From Paramoeba atlantica (Eukaryota > Protista > Discosea): a DNA stretch of 64,000 nt. The position numbers were made by a program, and so were the translations under genes. This document shows positions 33,548 through 47,018 of this stretch, one piece after another; the first letter of the stretch is position 1; every line of letters begins with the position of its first letter. Under the pieces are notes generated by a model. The model worked only from the letters and a program-made list of their open reading frames with translations, was not told the origin of the DNA and ran no database searches. Location of the stretch: positions 372,001 to 436,000 of the forward strand of contig CDRNVI010000004.1 in assembly GCA_977017575.1 (NCBI GenBank), written 5' to 3'.

Positions 33548-36500
33548 GCCGCCACCGCCACCAAAACAGCCACCATCGCCAACGTCGCCCCCACAATCAG
33601 AGCTTCTACCACTACAATCACCACCGCCACCACCACCGCCACTACAAACACAAGTGTCACACTCACCACGTGTAGCGGTACGAGCCGAAGAAGTAGAGGT
33701 ACCTATCGACGACATTGTTCTTCGACCTTTGAATCCCACTGCGCGGATACTCTCCGACGAAGAGATTTTCCTAAAGAGGAAGGAACGCAAACAAATGCGC
33801 TGGGAATTCCATGAGGCACTGCGACAGAAAAAGGATAAGGCTAAGAATTCGGTGGAGGAGGCTCCGAATCAAAGCTCCGAAACAGCTTCTGAAACGTGCA
33901 CCGGGTCGATTCCCCCGCGAGTGGGCCCCCCGTCAACTGCAGGAAACAAATGCTCTGTAACAATCAAAAGCGCTAACCTATTGTCAACAGGCCTGCTGTC
34001 CAGCTTGTTCAGTCGCCGCAAGGAAATAACCGGCTCAATCGATACCCGCCCAACCGAGTTGCCCACAAGGAATCTGTACAACGAAGAAGGCGGAGAAACG
34101 AGAACAAGCATTTCGCGGAATAACCAGCGGAAGAAAAGATTTTGTTTTCCGCCAGAAGGGTCAGCAGACACAATTTTGTGTGGATCGCGCTTTGGAGCCA
34201 GGAAGTCGTGCGAGGCTGTCGGCTATCCGAACGGCGGCTTCTCGAATCTTGTCCCGCTGGGAGGTGCAGAATGGCATCGGAGAGATGAAAATCATAGTGA
34301 CGAATCGGAAGACCGTGCAGAGGCTGTAGGTGAAGGTAAAAACCAAACGCTCCAAGAAAGAAACAACCCGGAATCACCGACGAATGAGCAGCGCATTTAC
34401 CACGATTGTATATCAACACCGCGTTCAACACCTCGATACGAATCGCCCGATCCGATCGATGCGCTACCCGATTGCGTGAGTGAACAAGGAAACGTAGACG
34501 ATAACTCGACGACCCAGGCCAACTTTGCGGAAGAAATGCTCGCCGAGATCAACCCGACTACCCAATTCCCTATTCCCCCTGACATCATCTGGAAAATGGC
34601 ATGCAAAAGCAAGGTAGGTCAGCGCTGCGTCGTTGCTTGGACTTTCGATCGACAAACGGCTATTAACATATCACAAGGAATCGTCACCAAGACTAAAGTA
34701 AGAAAGGGATCAGGACAAGTTAATCTGGAATACGAAGGGATACATGGACACTGTCGAGGGAAAAAGTACAATGGAACCTTACCACCGCCACCTAATGTAC
34801 GAATTTTCCGTTTAGTGTGGGAAGGTGAAAATGAAACATCGGATGAACCAGTATTTCATGCAAGCAATGCCAGCCACACGCAAGAAGACCTTGACTTTGA
34901 ACCACTTCCCACGACAAAAACCATTGAAACCGAATTCATTCCATGTGTCATTTCAATTTTCAGAGACCTCATACGTGAATACGCGGATAGTCCGCAAAAG
35001 CTCAAAAACCAGATATGGCATAAGTTGCTATCGGCAGTCAAGTTCTCATTGGCGACCGTACGGGCCGAATCAGAAAGAAGACGCAGGAATCGCCCTTTTC
35101 GATCACGCAACGATACCAACAAGACCCACGAAGAAAACGGTGACAATCGAGCCATTAAGAAAGCAATGCGGCTAGTAAAGGAGGGTGCGACATCCAGGGC
35201 TACTAAAATTTTAGACCGGGAAATGATCACAACAAGTGCGTCAGATCAGGAAATTCTGGAAAAATTGGAGAAACTACATCCAAAGCATCCTTGCACCTTC
35301 ACGTTGCCACCCGATGCGCCGGCAATGGCTTGCATATCGCCCGAGGAACTTCGACTTGCTGGTCGCCGGTTGGCCAAAGGTTCATCTCCAGGTCCGACCG
35401 GGATGAATGACGTCATTCTCCGCCTGCTAATCGACGACGAAATATGCTGCAGAAGCTTGTGCCACATGCTAGTGGATCTGGTCAACGGGGTGCTGCCTAC
35501 CGACATTATGCGACGATTGAAAAGAGCTCGATTGGTGGCTATTCCAAAGCCAAATGGAGGAGTTCGTCCAATCGCCATAGGAGAAACACTACTAAAACTC
35601 GCTGAACTCGTCCTATTACTTCGACACGAATCATCGCTCGCTACCTTATTCCAGCCCCTTCAACAAGGAGTGTTATCCAAATCCGGTTGTGAAAGCGTAA
35701 TACATAATCTCAGTGATCTATATGAGCAAGGCCACGTCATTTTATCGCTCGACTTTCGCAACGCATTCAACGTTCCATCCCGTGACGAAATAGCAAAAGC
35801 AGTCTTTGGTTTCGCCACAATGAAGCCCTTTCAAAGAGTGTTTGCGGCGCAATACAAAGAAGCCTCAGAACTTCTTTTTTACGGACATACCGGTACATTG
35901 TACAGCGTACTTGAGAGCAATGCAGGTGTTCGTCAAGGCTCCCCACTGTCGACGGTTTTCTTTTGCTGCTTTCTGCAACCCATGTTGGAGACCATAGCGC
36001 AGGAATTTCCAAACGTCAAAGTTCTAGCTTACGTCGACGACGTCAGCCTCACTTCTCCTAGTGGAAAAGAGGTCGAGGCGGCATACCACCGGTTACAAAC
36101 CCTGCTTCTCACTGAAGGAATTCAACTCAATAACGAAAAATGCATCTGGTTTGAAGGGAAAAGCGACGCCCCCATTCCATCAACACTCAAAGAAGAAGGT
36201 GTGCGTACAGAGAGCGAAGTCATTAAAGTACTGGGTGCATTCGTTGGGGAGGAACAGCGCATAGGATCCGAATTAATCCGAACGCTGGAAAAACACCATA
36301 CGATATTCAGACGTCTTAAAAAGATGGGTGCCAACAACGCGTCCCTGCTTTTGCTATCGCGCAGCGTAAACGTTCGGCACCGTTATCACGTACGGGTACA
36401 TAAACTAGAGGCCTCACTTGAGCTAGCGCAAAAATTTGACCACGAGATCAAGAATGTCGTCACATCGTGGTTGGGACCTCTGAGTCCAGAGCAAGAAATG

Positions 36501-37547
36501 ATAGCAAGACTACCTTTAAAGAAAGGTGGATTGGGTATTCCAGCAACAGAACCCTTGCGGAACGCTGCGTACACTTCATCGCGACATGCCGTTTTTGAGC
36601 ATCAAAAAACCTTTTCAGCTCGGATGGCACAACGCATGGAACCGCCAGCACCTGCAGGGACGTTGGAGGAATCACATAAGACACCTGAGGACGAGGTGGT
36701 GACGGAGACCAAAAGAGCCACAGAAATCCAGACAAATCTTCTCAAAAACAAGGAGTGGGCTCCGACGATTAAAGCTTGCAGCAAGAAAGGGAGCTATGAA
36801 TGGCTTATCGGGAATCGCAAAATCATTCCTTCGCACATCTACACGCTAAACATCATGTCACGACTAAAAATAAGCCACCCACAACTGCCAAACTCGTTGC
36901 TATGCCCGGGATGCAAAAAGCTGCTAAGCTCCTCGGAAGCGCTAACCCACATACCTGGATGCGTCAAATGTGCAGGACACAATGTAACTACGAAGCATCA
37001 TGCCCTTGTTCGCTACCTTTACGAGCTATGCCTCCGAGCTGGCTTGCCGTGTGAACGTGAACCTCGTCAGTTCAGTTACTATGAGTGCTCTGCGTGCGCA
37101 GCCACGATCCACCCTGAAAACAAAACGGAACATACCAGGACATGTGTTGGAAGTACTCTGCGTCGCACGGGCCCCGACCTTGCAATTCAATGGGCTTCAG
37201 GAGAGAAATACTACGACCTCACAGTAGTTCACGAACTGGCTCCCTCGAATATCAAACACAATACGACATTCCTCATGAACGAAGCGATAAAGCGCAAGCG
37301 TGTACGCTATGTTGACAGTGGCATGATAAACAAGGAATGCTTTGAATGTATCCCTGTTCTGTCCTGCGGTTCCATGCACAACGCCACTCGAAATCTCCTG
37401 TGGGCTATTGCGGACCGTTGCGGGCTAGAGAGACACAGCGTAATGGAAACATTTACGCTACTCCACCAGGAACAGGCAGGAAGTATCCTCCACGCTCAAC
37501 TCCGCCAGTTTCTAGCTCACGACCAATACACTGAGACAAGTTTTTAA
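33363..37547 (+). CDS. Family B polyprotein: Pro-rich N-terminus, RT, CCHC knuckle and RLE (about 1394 aa from the first ATG)
   Basis: RLVAIPKPNGGVRPIAIGE, LDFRNAFN, GVRQGSPLS, YVDD; CPGC..HIPGC, GPDLAI, YYDLTVVH. Confidence 0.95.
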
Positions 37548-37703
37548 GCTTGTCATCTCAAATACTTCTTAAGAAAAGAAAGGGATATTAGTTTATTAGA
37601 ATGTGAACATTTGATAGTAATCGGCGCGTATATAATATATGCGCTCCACGGGCTTTTGTTAAGACCTTTGTTTTTGTTAAGACGGGCCACCGTCACCTCG
37701 AGA

Positions 37704-37836
37704 TTTGTTTAATACCCCCTTTTTATTTAATACCCCCTTTTTGTTTAATACCCCCTTTTTGTTTAATACCCCCTTTTTTGTTTAATACCCCCTTTTTGTT
37801 TAATACCCCCTTTTTGTTTAATACCCCCTTTTTGTT
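37704..37836 (+). repeat. Seven 18-bp units (GTTTAATACCCCCTTTTT) at the 3' end of family B
   Basis: AATACCCCC recurs at 37711, 37729, 37747, 37765, 37784, 37802 and 37820. Confidence 0.95.
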
Positions 37837-39089
37837 AACTTCAACGTCAATTCTTCGGAGCATGGATTTTGAAATAGAAAGTGCACCTATCCCAAAGTTT
37901 AGCACCGGATATACTATTGAATCGTAGAGGCGCAGCTTAGTCTCCGGGCTAAGTGGTGAAGACCAAATACCATTCATTCGAAAGAGAGATCCCCAAGCTA
38001 GTTTCAATCGATCTTTAACTGTAGATGTAAAATCATTTTCCTGCCGATGCCCTAAGTGTTTGTAAGACGTAACTTTCGGAATCATCCCAGAGAATTTGCT
38101 GTTCAAGCTCTCGCTGCTCATTTGAGATTTACCAAAAGTTAACCAGGCTGTCTTGTTTGCTCCGACGGCTAGTTTCAGATTAGCTTTGCGTGACTCTTCA
38201 GCTACATTGTCTATCATATTTGTCAAACCACTCTTCGTGTCACTAAATAACGCTATATCGTCCGCATACTCAATGTCACTCAGGCGCTTTTCATGAAGAC
38301 CCCGCTTTCTTGTACCCCTAGAGCTGAGAAGAACCCCGTCTGATTTTCCATCTAGTGCTTTATTGAGAATTCTATCTAACACCATAACGAACAGATAAGG
38401 CGCCAATACATCACCTTGAAGTATTCCTGTAGTGATAGGGAAAGGTTTTGTGATTCCAATAGAAGTTCGTACAGTGCCTTTCAGCTCATCGTATATAGAC
38501 ATTATCATCTTAGAAAGACATGAACCTACTCGAAATGCATGCAAACTAGCTTTAATAGCAGCGAACGATACCGAAGGAAATGCTTTAGCAAAGTCTATAA
38601 AAGCTACAGAAAGGCCTTGTCCTCTGAATGCTTTGGTTTTTATTTCGTTCATGATAATCTGAGCTCCAGAAGTCGCTCGGTTAGGTCGAAACCCATACTG
38701 GTTACCCCGAAGAGACTTTTCAATGTTGGGTCTAATGCGGGAGAGTATCATATGATTCATGAGCTTAACTACGCTATTTACTACGCATATAGGCCGCCAA
38801 TTCTCAATGTTAGTGAGGTCTCCTTTCTTTGGGATGGGTATTTGAAGAGTGTTGCGCCAGGCTTCCTCTGTGACTCCCGTTTCGTGTACCTGGTTGATTA
38901 TATTCAGGAGATGCGATCTCAGATCAGGGTGGACCGCTATAGCTTGAAGGGCTTCCATTGGTATTCCGTCACTTCCAGGTGTTTTTCCTCTTCTGAAATG
39001 TTCTAAAGATGTGCTTAACTCCTCGCTTGTAAATGCTGCATCGGATATTGGTACTAACGGCGGCGGCAGCAGTTCAAAGCTCGGGTTTG
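37837..39089 (-). pseudogene. RT domain (RTE-like), piece 2 of the split APE-RT-RNH element
   Basis: GKTPGSDGIP, NWRPICV, QYGFRPNR, FIDFAKAF, GILQGDVLAPYLF and EYADDIAL. Confidence 0.92.
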
Positions 39090-39250
39090 TTTCAGCAGCT
39101 TGTCAGGAATACCGAAGCCTTTCGCCGATTAAAACTTATGGGCGCCAACAATGTCTCACTTTTGCTACTTTCCAAAAGCATGAATGTGAGGCATCAATAC
39201 GCCATAAGAGTGCACGAGCCAACGTTAACCGACGCGGTCTCTCTCAGTTT
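39090..39250 (+). pseudogene. Left part of a 5'-truncated family E CRE element (continues at 54027)
   Basis: FRRLKLMGANN..NVRHQYAIRVH; joins in frame to 54027 (SLSFDNNVEKVL). Confidence 0.82.
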
Positions 39251-39426
39251 AATAGTTCACGTTTTGAAATTTAGCCGAGGGGCGGCTATATATTTGCCTG
39301 CTGGCCCTTCGGGGCACATAATTTTCTCAAATTATGATGTAGTATTCTCTAATTGCATGGAGGGGGGTGTTTACTCGTTTGTTATATTCTTGTTAGGTTG
39401 TTATTTTGTTATGTTTAAAGTTTTGT

Positions 39427-40748
39427 ATGAGATCCCAACGTTTACGGGCTCCGTCGGAGCCACGCCAGGAGCGCGATAGATCACCGAAGCGGAATAGGGC
39501 GCCGACACCCATTCAGACCTCCTCCGTCCAAGACCATTCTAAGCGTCAGTCCCTTTCGTGCCCTCCCGTGCGCCCCCCTCTCCCCCCTCTCCCCACGCAG
39601 CCGGCTCCGCAGGTATCCGCGCGACCTCCTCCGATTCCCCCTACTCCTGTCCCAGCGCGCCGAAAGGTACGCCCTTCAGGAAGAGCACTCAGCCCCGCCC
39701 GCGAACCGCCTAGCCCTCTCCCTTCCAACCTTCCCAGTTTGCCTGCGAGCTCCCTCCCTAGCCCGTACCCTTTTCCGCTGGAGGCTCCCGAGCCCCATAT
39801 GCGACGAAGAGGAACCCTTAACCCCGACCAGGTTGAGGCTTCTCGCTCGCCGCGCCGTTACGAGGCCCTCGACCTTGACCACGTCGGGATGCCTCAGCGT
39901 TCACGCTGTGATGCGCGCGGGATCATCACGCAATCTAGCAAAGAAGAATTCATCACGAAAGTGATTGAGCTTCTGCGCAAAGACTATGAGGTCACCGTTG
40001 AAGCTGTATGGTCTCTTCCCCGGGATGGCCTACGGCAGACGGTTATAGGGTTGGTGCATATGACGCATCCAAAGGACCCTAACTCAACTGAGTTGTTCGC
40101 CGAGTGGGATGGGGACAAGAACACTGCCTACCGTTTTCCCCATCCCGAGATCAACTACCACTCTTTGGAACTGGCCCATGTTCGGGCGCAGATGCCGGGT
40201 GGGAAACCAGTTGAAGATCTGATCCCCACGTTTGAACGCGTCCGTATTACGGACCCGAAAGGCTTCTCCCCCTACGATCCGGTTACTTGGCAACCGTGGA
40301 TCGACACGGATGATTTGTTCAAGCCACGTGAACTCATCCGTGAGCTGCGCGAAGCTCCGCAGCTTGGGGTACGCTTCAACCCTCCGCCGCAGCGTGAGCG
40401 CCTGTTCAAAATGTTGACTGAATGGGTGTACGCTGCGTGCAATACGGAGGGATGGCTAGAGAAGCACAACCTCGCCGTAGCCCTTCTCATCATCGAAGAG
40501 CTTCGCAACCATTATTGGGCTGCGGCGGGCGTTGCTGTCGAGCGTGTGCAACAGCGGTTGCACCGTGACGACGACCCTCAGGACCGCTACGGTCAGCTTG
40601 TGGTTGACGAGCAACTGAGGGGCCGGACTGCGCAGCGTGCTCCTCGTCGACGCAGCCAAGGACCTTTTTGTTTTGGCTGTCATCAGCCAGGCCACCTCCG
40701 ATCGAACTGCCCCCAAGCGTCCCAACAGCAGGGGGGGCAGTTCCGTAC
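39427..40748 (+). pseudogene. YR-3 gag (ends at 46873-46954 after the insertion)
   Basis: ATG directly after the A repeat; CFGCHQPGHLRSNC; TTCCGTAC TSD at 40741-40748 and 46865-46872. Confidence 0.88.
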
Positions 40749-43700
40749 GGAATCGTACTGGTAGCGCGACATGAGCACACGCTCGAGAAACTGTTTGCTC
40801 CTTTACAATTCGGTGTCTCCATACAGTCTGGATGTGAAAAGGTAGTACATCGCCTACAAAGTCATTACCAAGAAGGGAAAGCGATTTTATCCATTGATCT
40901 CGCCAACGCTTTCAACTCACCCATGCGCAGTGACATCGCGAAAGTTGTTTTCGGTCTGTGTACATTGCGACCGTTTCGAAGATTCTTCCACACCGAATAC
41001 TCCGAGGCATCGGAGCTTTTATATTATGGAAAGAATGGCGAGCACTATGAAACGATATACAGCTCTGCTGGAGTTCGGCAGGGCTCTCCGCTGTCCACCC
41101 TATACTTTTGCGCCTTCATGCAGCCCATCTTGGAAACGCTTGCGGCAGAATTCCCACAAGTAAAGATTTTTGCCTTCATAGACGATATTAATATGGCGTC
41201 CGAGGATCATCAAGCATTGGCCAACGCATTTCTTCGCTTACATGGTCTCCTGGCTGAAAAACGAGTTAAAATGGCAAAACATAAATGCGTGTGGTTTAGT
41301 GGAAAGAACAAAATCCCGATCCCGGAAACTCTTCAAACAGAGGGTGTAAAAACAGAAAACGCAGCGACAAAGACGCTCGGAGCTTTCATAGGAGATGATG
41401 AGGTGGTCAGCGAGTGTTTAGCGCGAAAGCTTAAGAAGCATGAAGCAATTTTTCGACGTCTAAAGCTCATGGGGTTGAACAACATAGCGCTGCTCTTACT
41501 CTCGAAAAGCGTAAACATCCGACACAGATACCACACTCGGGTACACACGCCAGCTGCTTCCGAAAAGCTATGTAAACAATTCGATAAGGAGGTTGAAGAG
41601 GTAATGCGCACATGGCTCGGTAAAATGTCCGACAAACACATCTCCTGGTGTCGACTGCCCGTCAAGAAAGGTGGACTCGGTGGCAAAGAAAAGAAGAGCA
41701 CAACAACGGTTTCCTCAGACGGCTCAATAATCAAGATTCTACAAGTTTCGCGGAAAGAGGGAATGAAGGAACGCTCCGGAAATCACACGGCGTCAGACTT
41801 ACCCGATCTCACCACAGGAGATGGCCGAATTACGCATGAAATGTCCAAACCAAAGAAAACCCCAAGAATTCGAATCGTCGGATCTACACCTCTGCCAAAA
41901 GACTGGGCTGATCACGGCGAACAGAACAGTGCGCACAGCGACAAAATCAAAATCAAAATCACGCCTAAGACCTTTCGATTGACATCTTTCGACGAACAGC
42001 CACGTCAAGAACCACAACAAGAGACAACACCGGATATTGACTCGGAAGAGGAACATTACGAAGACGAGAGCGAAGATATGTCTCTTGACAGCGATAACGA
42101 GGTCATAGCAGATCTGGCAAACAGAAGTGCTCTTTCCAAAGCACCGGATCATGTGCACAACATGGTAGCAAAGTGGGGCAAAGGCACGGAATGTGTTATC
42201 GAGTGGGGCTTCCGACAAGACACGGTGAATTACACGTCGAAAGGCATCGTCGTAGGTAGGACCTCACGAAAAGGAATGGTCAAAGTCAAAATCTCTTACA
42301 ATCCAGCTCAAGGCAGCAAAGGTCCCAGTGGCTTTCTTTATCTTCCACACACAAACAGGATCAGAATCTGTTCGATACGAGCCACGAAACTGATCAAAGT
42401 CGAAACAATTACGCGGAATTTAGAAGAACACGCCGACAACGTGTCTAGCGATGAAAATGGTCAAAGTGATCTCGAGCCGCTGCCCACGATGGTACCCATT
42501 GATTCATCTTTTTCAATCCATGTAGTCGCCATCTTCCGAGCCATACTTCGTGGGTATCCATCGGTAGAACTTGACTCTGAGAAAACAGCTATCTGGCATA
42601 AATTTTTGAACGCACCAAGAGACTCGCTCGCTACTATTCGTCAACTTTCTCGGCAAAATCAACGAGTCGGACACATAAACAAACAAGCGGATCCATCGGA
42701 AAACGAAACACTCAGCATAGAACAAAGGGAAGAACTTGGCGTCGACCGTCGCTCGATCAAGAATGCTTTAACGACCGCTCGAGCTGGAAACATCGGGAAA
42801 GCCACTCGAATTCTCGACAACGTTTACAAGGTCTCCAATCTTACAGCGCATGAAAAATTACAGAAACTTCGCGATTTGCATCCCGAGGGGCCTAGTATTG
42901 AAATTCCGGAAGCTGACTTTCCACGGATCGGCGTTGTAGATAAATCAGAACTCCGCCTTGCAGTCGAAAAACTTGCGCGAGGGGCATCTCCGGGACCAAG
43001 CGGGCTTAGTGAGAGCATGATGCGTTTGCTTGTTGAAGATGAAGAAGCATGCCTTTCATTATGCCATATGATTCGCGACGTTATCAATGGCGACGTGCCT
43101 GTAAGCGTGCGGAAGCGTCTCACTCGTTGCCGAATTATTGCTCTTCCGAAGCCACAAAACGGTATACGGCCAGTCGCCATGGGGGAGACGATCCTAAAAA
43201 TCTGCGGATCCATTTTACTCGAGCGACATGAATGTGCACTACGAAAATACTTTTCGCCTATGCAGCGGGGCGTTCTCCACAAGAGCGCATGTGAATCAAT
43301 AGTGCATGAGCTACTACAAGAATACGAGGATGGATGCGCATTGATTACGGTAGATTTCACGAACGCATACAACACTCCACGACGCGACGCCATAACACAA
43401 GCACTACTAGAGAATCCTGTGTTCAAACCTTTTATGCGACTGTTTTACCTTGAATACGGCCTCTCATCCGAACTTTTGTTTTTCGCACACAACGCTCTTT
43501 TCGCGACCATCGAAAGTTCGTCAGGAATTCGACAAGGCTCATCATTATCCTCCATGTACTTCTGTGCACTTTTACACGGTCCCATTCGCGAGATCGCAAG
43601 CTTATACCCCGACGTCAAAATACGAGCATATCAAGACGATGTGACTCTCAGCTCTACAAACGTACCGTCACTTGAAGCTGCGTTCCTGCACTTACGTGAA

Positions 43701-45592
43701 ATCACAGGCGAGCTCAATCTACGCGTCAACTTTCAGAAATGCGAATTTTTCCAGAAAAATACCACATACGAACCGTTCTCTTTGCATAATCTAGGCGTCA
43801 AGCTTTGCACTGATTCGATCAAGATTCTGGGAGCCTATATCGGGAAAGATAATGTGGTAGAGGATCTTCTCCTGCGCAAACTCAGTAAGCATAAATGCCT
43901 TTTCCGCCGTTTACTTCTCATGGGCCCCAGTAACCTTTCTCTCGCGATTCTTCGCCGATGTACAATTCCACGTCAAGACTATCATCTGAGAGTTCACCGC
44001 CCGGAGGCCACTCGGCGTCTGGCACATTCTTTTGAAAGCCACGTACACGAAGTCTTGCAGAAATGGTGCGGCGCGGACGCCCAGGCACTTAAGCTCGCAG
44101 CTCTCCCGCAAAAATTAGGTGGATTAGGACTGACTTCTTGCACTCTGAAACAGCAGCACTACTTCGCAGCAGCCCGAGAATCTATTGAAGAGCACTTGGA
44201 ACCCAATAAAGCTCCGGTAGATTCGCAAGGCAATGACAAGAGCAAAGCTAAAATTCAGAGCCGCGCAGAAAAGGCCCGCAAATCGCTTAAGAAGATCATG
44301 AGTCAAGCTCACGAAAAACAATTGACAGAAATACAGAAAGACTCCACCGCAGCGAACATCATAAAACGCACTAAAGAGGCTAATATCCACCTCGAAAACA
44401 CCAGCAACTACGTTAACCCATACCTATTCCGATATACGCTCATGATGCGCTTAGGAATTGGCTTGCCTAAGGCACCGGCCAAAGTAACATGCCCCGGCTG
44501 TTCTAATCAAGAATCACCCTCCACCATTATTCCCCACGTTGCTGGATGCTCCCGATGCTCCGGGATGAACTCCACACGCAAACATTCACATATCGTCCGG
44601 TATCTCTCAGAGTTGTGCTCAAAAGCAGGCCTTCCTAGCGTGATCGAACCCCGCATCTACTCCTCGTATCATTGCACTAAATGTAAGTGCACTATCTCAG
44701 CAGATGTCGCCGCGCAACATCCTTGCAAAGCACGCCGTATTCGTTCAGGTCCAGATCTGGCCATCATGTGGCCTCACATGGGTGAGGTACTCTACGACTT
44801 CACAATAGTACATACGTGCTGCTCAAGCTACGCAAAACACACCAGCTCTGCCCTTATGCAGCAGGTCTCCGACAGAAAATATAAGAAATACGTTACTGAG
44901 AAGGGTGTCGATAGCGATTCGTTTAAGTGTCTGGCTGCAACAGATTGCGGCCTTCTACATGACGATACTAAGGCGTTGCTGAAGGCTCTCTCACAAAGAG
45001 CGAAACTTAAATATGAAAGCGTGCGCAATGCTTTCCAGCTCGAAATCGAAAAAATGTCAGCGTACACGGTAGTGTCGCAGCTCCGAGACTACATTCCAGC
45101 AGAGAAGTGGATGAGTGAATTGCGCCTATAAGATATATTTAAAGTCTCTTTAAAGTAAAATTTGTAATCTAAATTTACGGGTATTTGAGAAAACCCAAAT
45201 TCTTAACATATGACGGCAGCTCGTACACGTTCGACTATATGAAGATATTGTTATATAAAACCGAAAGACCATAACATTCCCTTTTCAATAGTAGCCTGAG
45301 ATCACCAACTCAGGGAAATTCTAATAGAATAAAAAAAAAAAAAAAAATACCTTCAATTTACGTTAGATTATTGAGGAGTTGGTGGTTTCATTTCCTGGAA
45401 CGCTTATTTTTTTTCCAAGCGTCTCGCAAAAAAAAAAAAAAAAAAAAATTCATCTTACTTTGCTTGCTTGTTTGATTAAGACCACTTTTTTGATATAAGC
45501 GTTAAGGGGGCGTTGAAATCTCCTATAAAAAAAAAAGTTGGAATATGTCTGACAAGGAGTTCGCATGGCGCTCAAGGAGGATACACCCGCAA

Positions 45593-45630
<38 letters not shown>

Positions 45631-46864
45631 GGTCTACCATCATCGGCCGAAACTCGCAATGCTGCTTACAATTCTTCGAAACGCGTTTCTCTAGAGCGCT
45701 GTAAAATCAACTCAGCTCGGTTAACGCATGACGAAGAGATGATGCGGGAAAGCGAAGTAGTAAGTGATGATGGTGCCGTGACAGATGCAATGTTAAATCA
45801 GAAGGTATATCAGGAACTCACTAAGAAAAATGAGGAGGTAGCACCGTTGGTAAAAGCGTGCAGCGAGAAGGGGAACCACGACTGGCTACAAGGCAGAACG
45901 AGATGCATCCCATCCTCCCAATTCACACTGGTGGTAATGGCGCGACTCGGAATCGCGCACAGAAGAATGCCGAATAATTTTCTGTGCCCTGGATGCAAGA
46001 TGATCCTTGAGTCTAAACACTCTCTGGCACATTTACTTGGCTGTGTAAAATGCACGGGGGCAAATGCAACGACAAGGCACAATGCACTAGTTCGGCACAT
46101 ATACGATCTATGTCTGCGAGCCGGGATCCCATGCGAGCGTGAACCGCGACAATTCACATCATACCGATGCCTTAAATGTACCGAAGCGGTGAGCGAACAG
46201 CGAAAACAGGAGCATCAGAAAACATGTGGAACCACATCCTTCCATCGAAGCGGCCCGGACCTCGTGATCTTTTGGGTGTCGGGTGAAATATTTTATGATT
46301 TCACGGTAACAAATGAACTATCGAAATCAAACATCCACAAACGGGGAGCCCAACTGATGCAGGAAGCAGAAAAAAGGAAGCTGGACACTTATGTAAACTC
46401 CGATCTAATTCCTCGGGAAAAATTTGTATGCCTATCAGTGCTTGCCGGAGGAGCCATGAACAAAAGCAGTGTCGCCCTTCTGAAGGCATTAGCTGATGCA
46501 AACGGACGTGATCGTGAAACCGTAGTGCGAGATTTTGGAATGCATCTACAAGAATTAAACGGTGTCATTCTGAACGCTCAAATGGGCAAAGCGTTGTCGC
46601 AAGTTTAAAATTTAATATTTAGTTATTCAATAGCCAGCTTACAAAGACGCGTAAGCTTAGTTAGTTACTATCCCCCTGACAAGGGGGGTAGCGCCAATAC
46701 GAAACGGAAGAAAACAGAATATGATTTGTAAAAAAAAAAATAAAAAAAAAAAATTTGTTTCGATCAACTACCGCACGTTAGGCGATACAGTGTTATTTGC
46801 GCGCGGCGCACTTCCCGTCTTGCACGTCCCGAAGACATGAACAAAAAAAAAAAAAAAAAAAAAA
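40749..46864 (+). mobile_element. 5'-truncated family D CRE element (40749-41681 plus 45634-46752), polyA-ended, 8-bp TSD
   Basis: DLANAFN, GVRQGSPLS, FIDD; rejoins as KKGGLGLPSS; RLE motif GPDLVIFW..FYDFTVT. Confidence 0.85.
41682..45626 (+). mobile_element. Family C CRE element (coding to 45131, polyA 45331-45347) plus extra polyA-ended pieces, 7-bp TSD ACTCGGT
   Basis: RIIALPKPQNGIRPVAMGE, DFTNAYN, GIRQGSSLS, YQDD, GPDLAI, YDFTIVH; TSD at 41675-41681 and 45627-45633. Confidence 0.88.
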
Positions 46865-47018
46865 TTCCGTACCACACGCACCCCGCAACAGGATTTTCGC
46901 GGCGGGGTGGTGGGCGGCGCCAACCGTTACGGCGCAACACGGGCTTTCCACTAGGAAATGCCCCCCACCCCAATTACTGCTCGTGCCCGTCGTCCCAGGC
47001 GACGACGGGTGGATATTC

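Larger units (their letters stand above)
33322..37836 (+). mobile_element. CRE-like non-LTR retrotransposon (family B) ending in tandem repeats, flanked by TTGTT direct repeats
   Basis: TTGTT at 33317-33321 and 37832-37836; removal restores the host ORF in frame (EVNNMRRIV). Confidence 0.85.

Noticed and set aside
33338-33790. Gly/Ala/Arg-rich antisense and alternate-frame ORFs, and most other short ORFs in the track
   Set aside because: They are shadows of the poly-Pro codon run or of GC-rich element ORFs and polyA tracts, with no recognisable motifs.
40668-45131. 1487-aa ORF with two RT domains
   Set aside because: It is a chance in-frame chimera of the YR-3 -1 frame, family D and family C; TSDs at 40741/46865 and 41675/45627 mark the joins.
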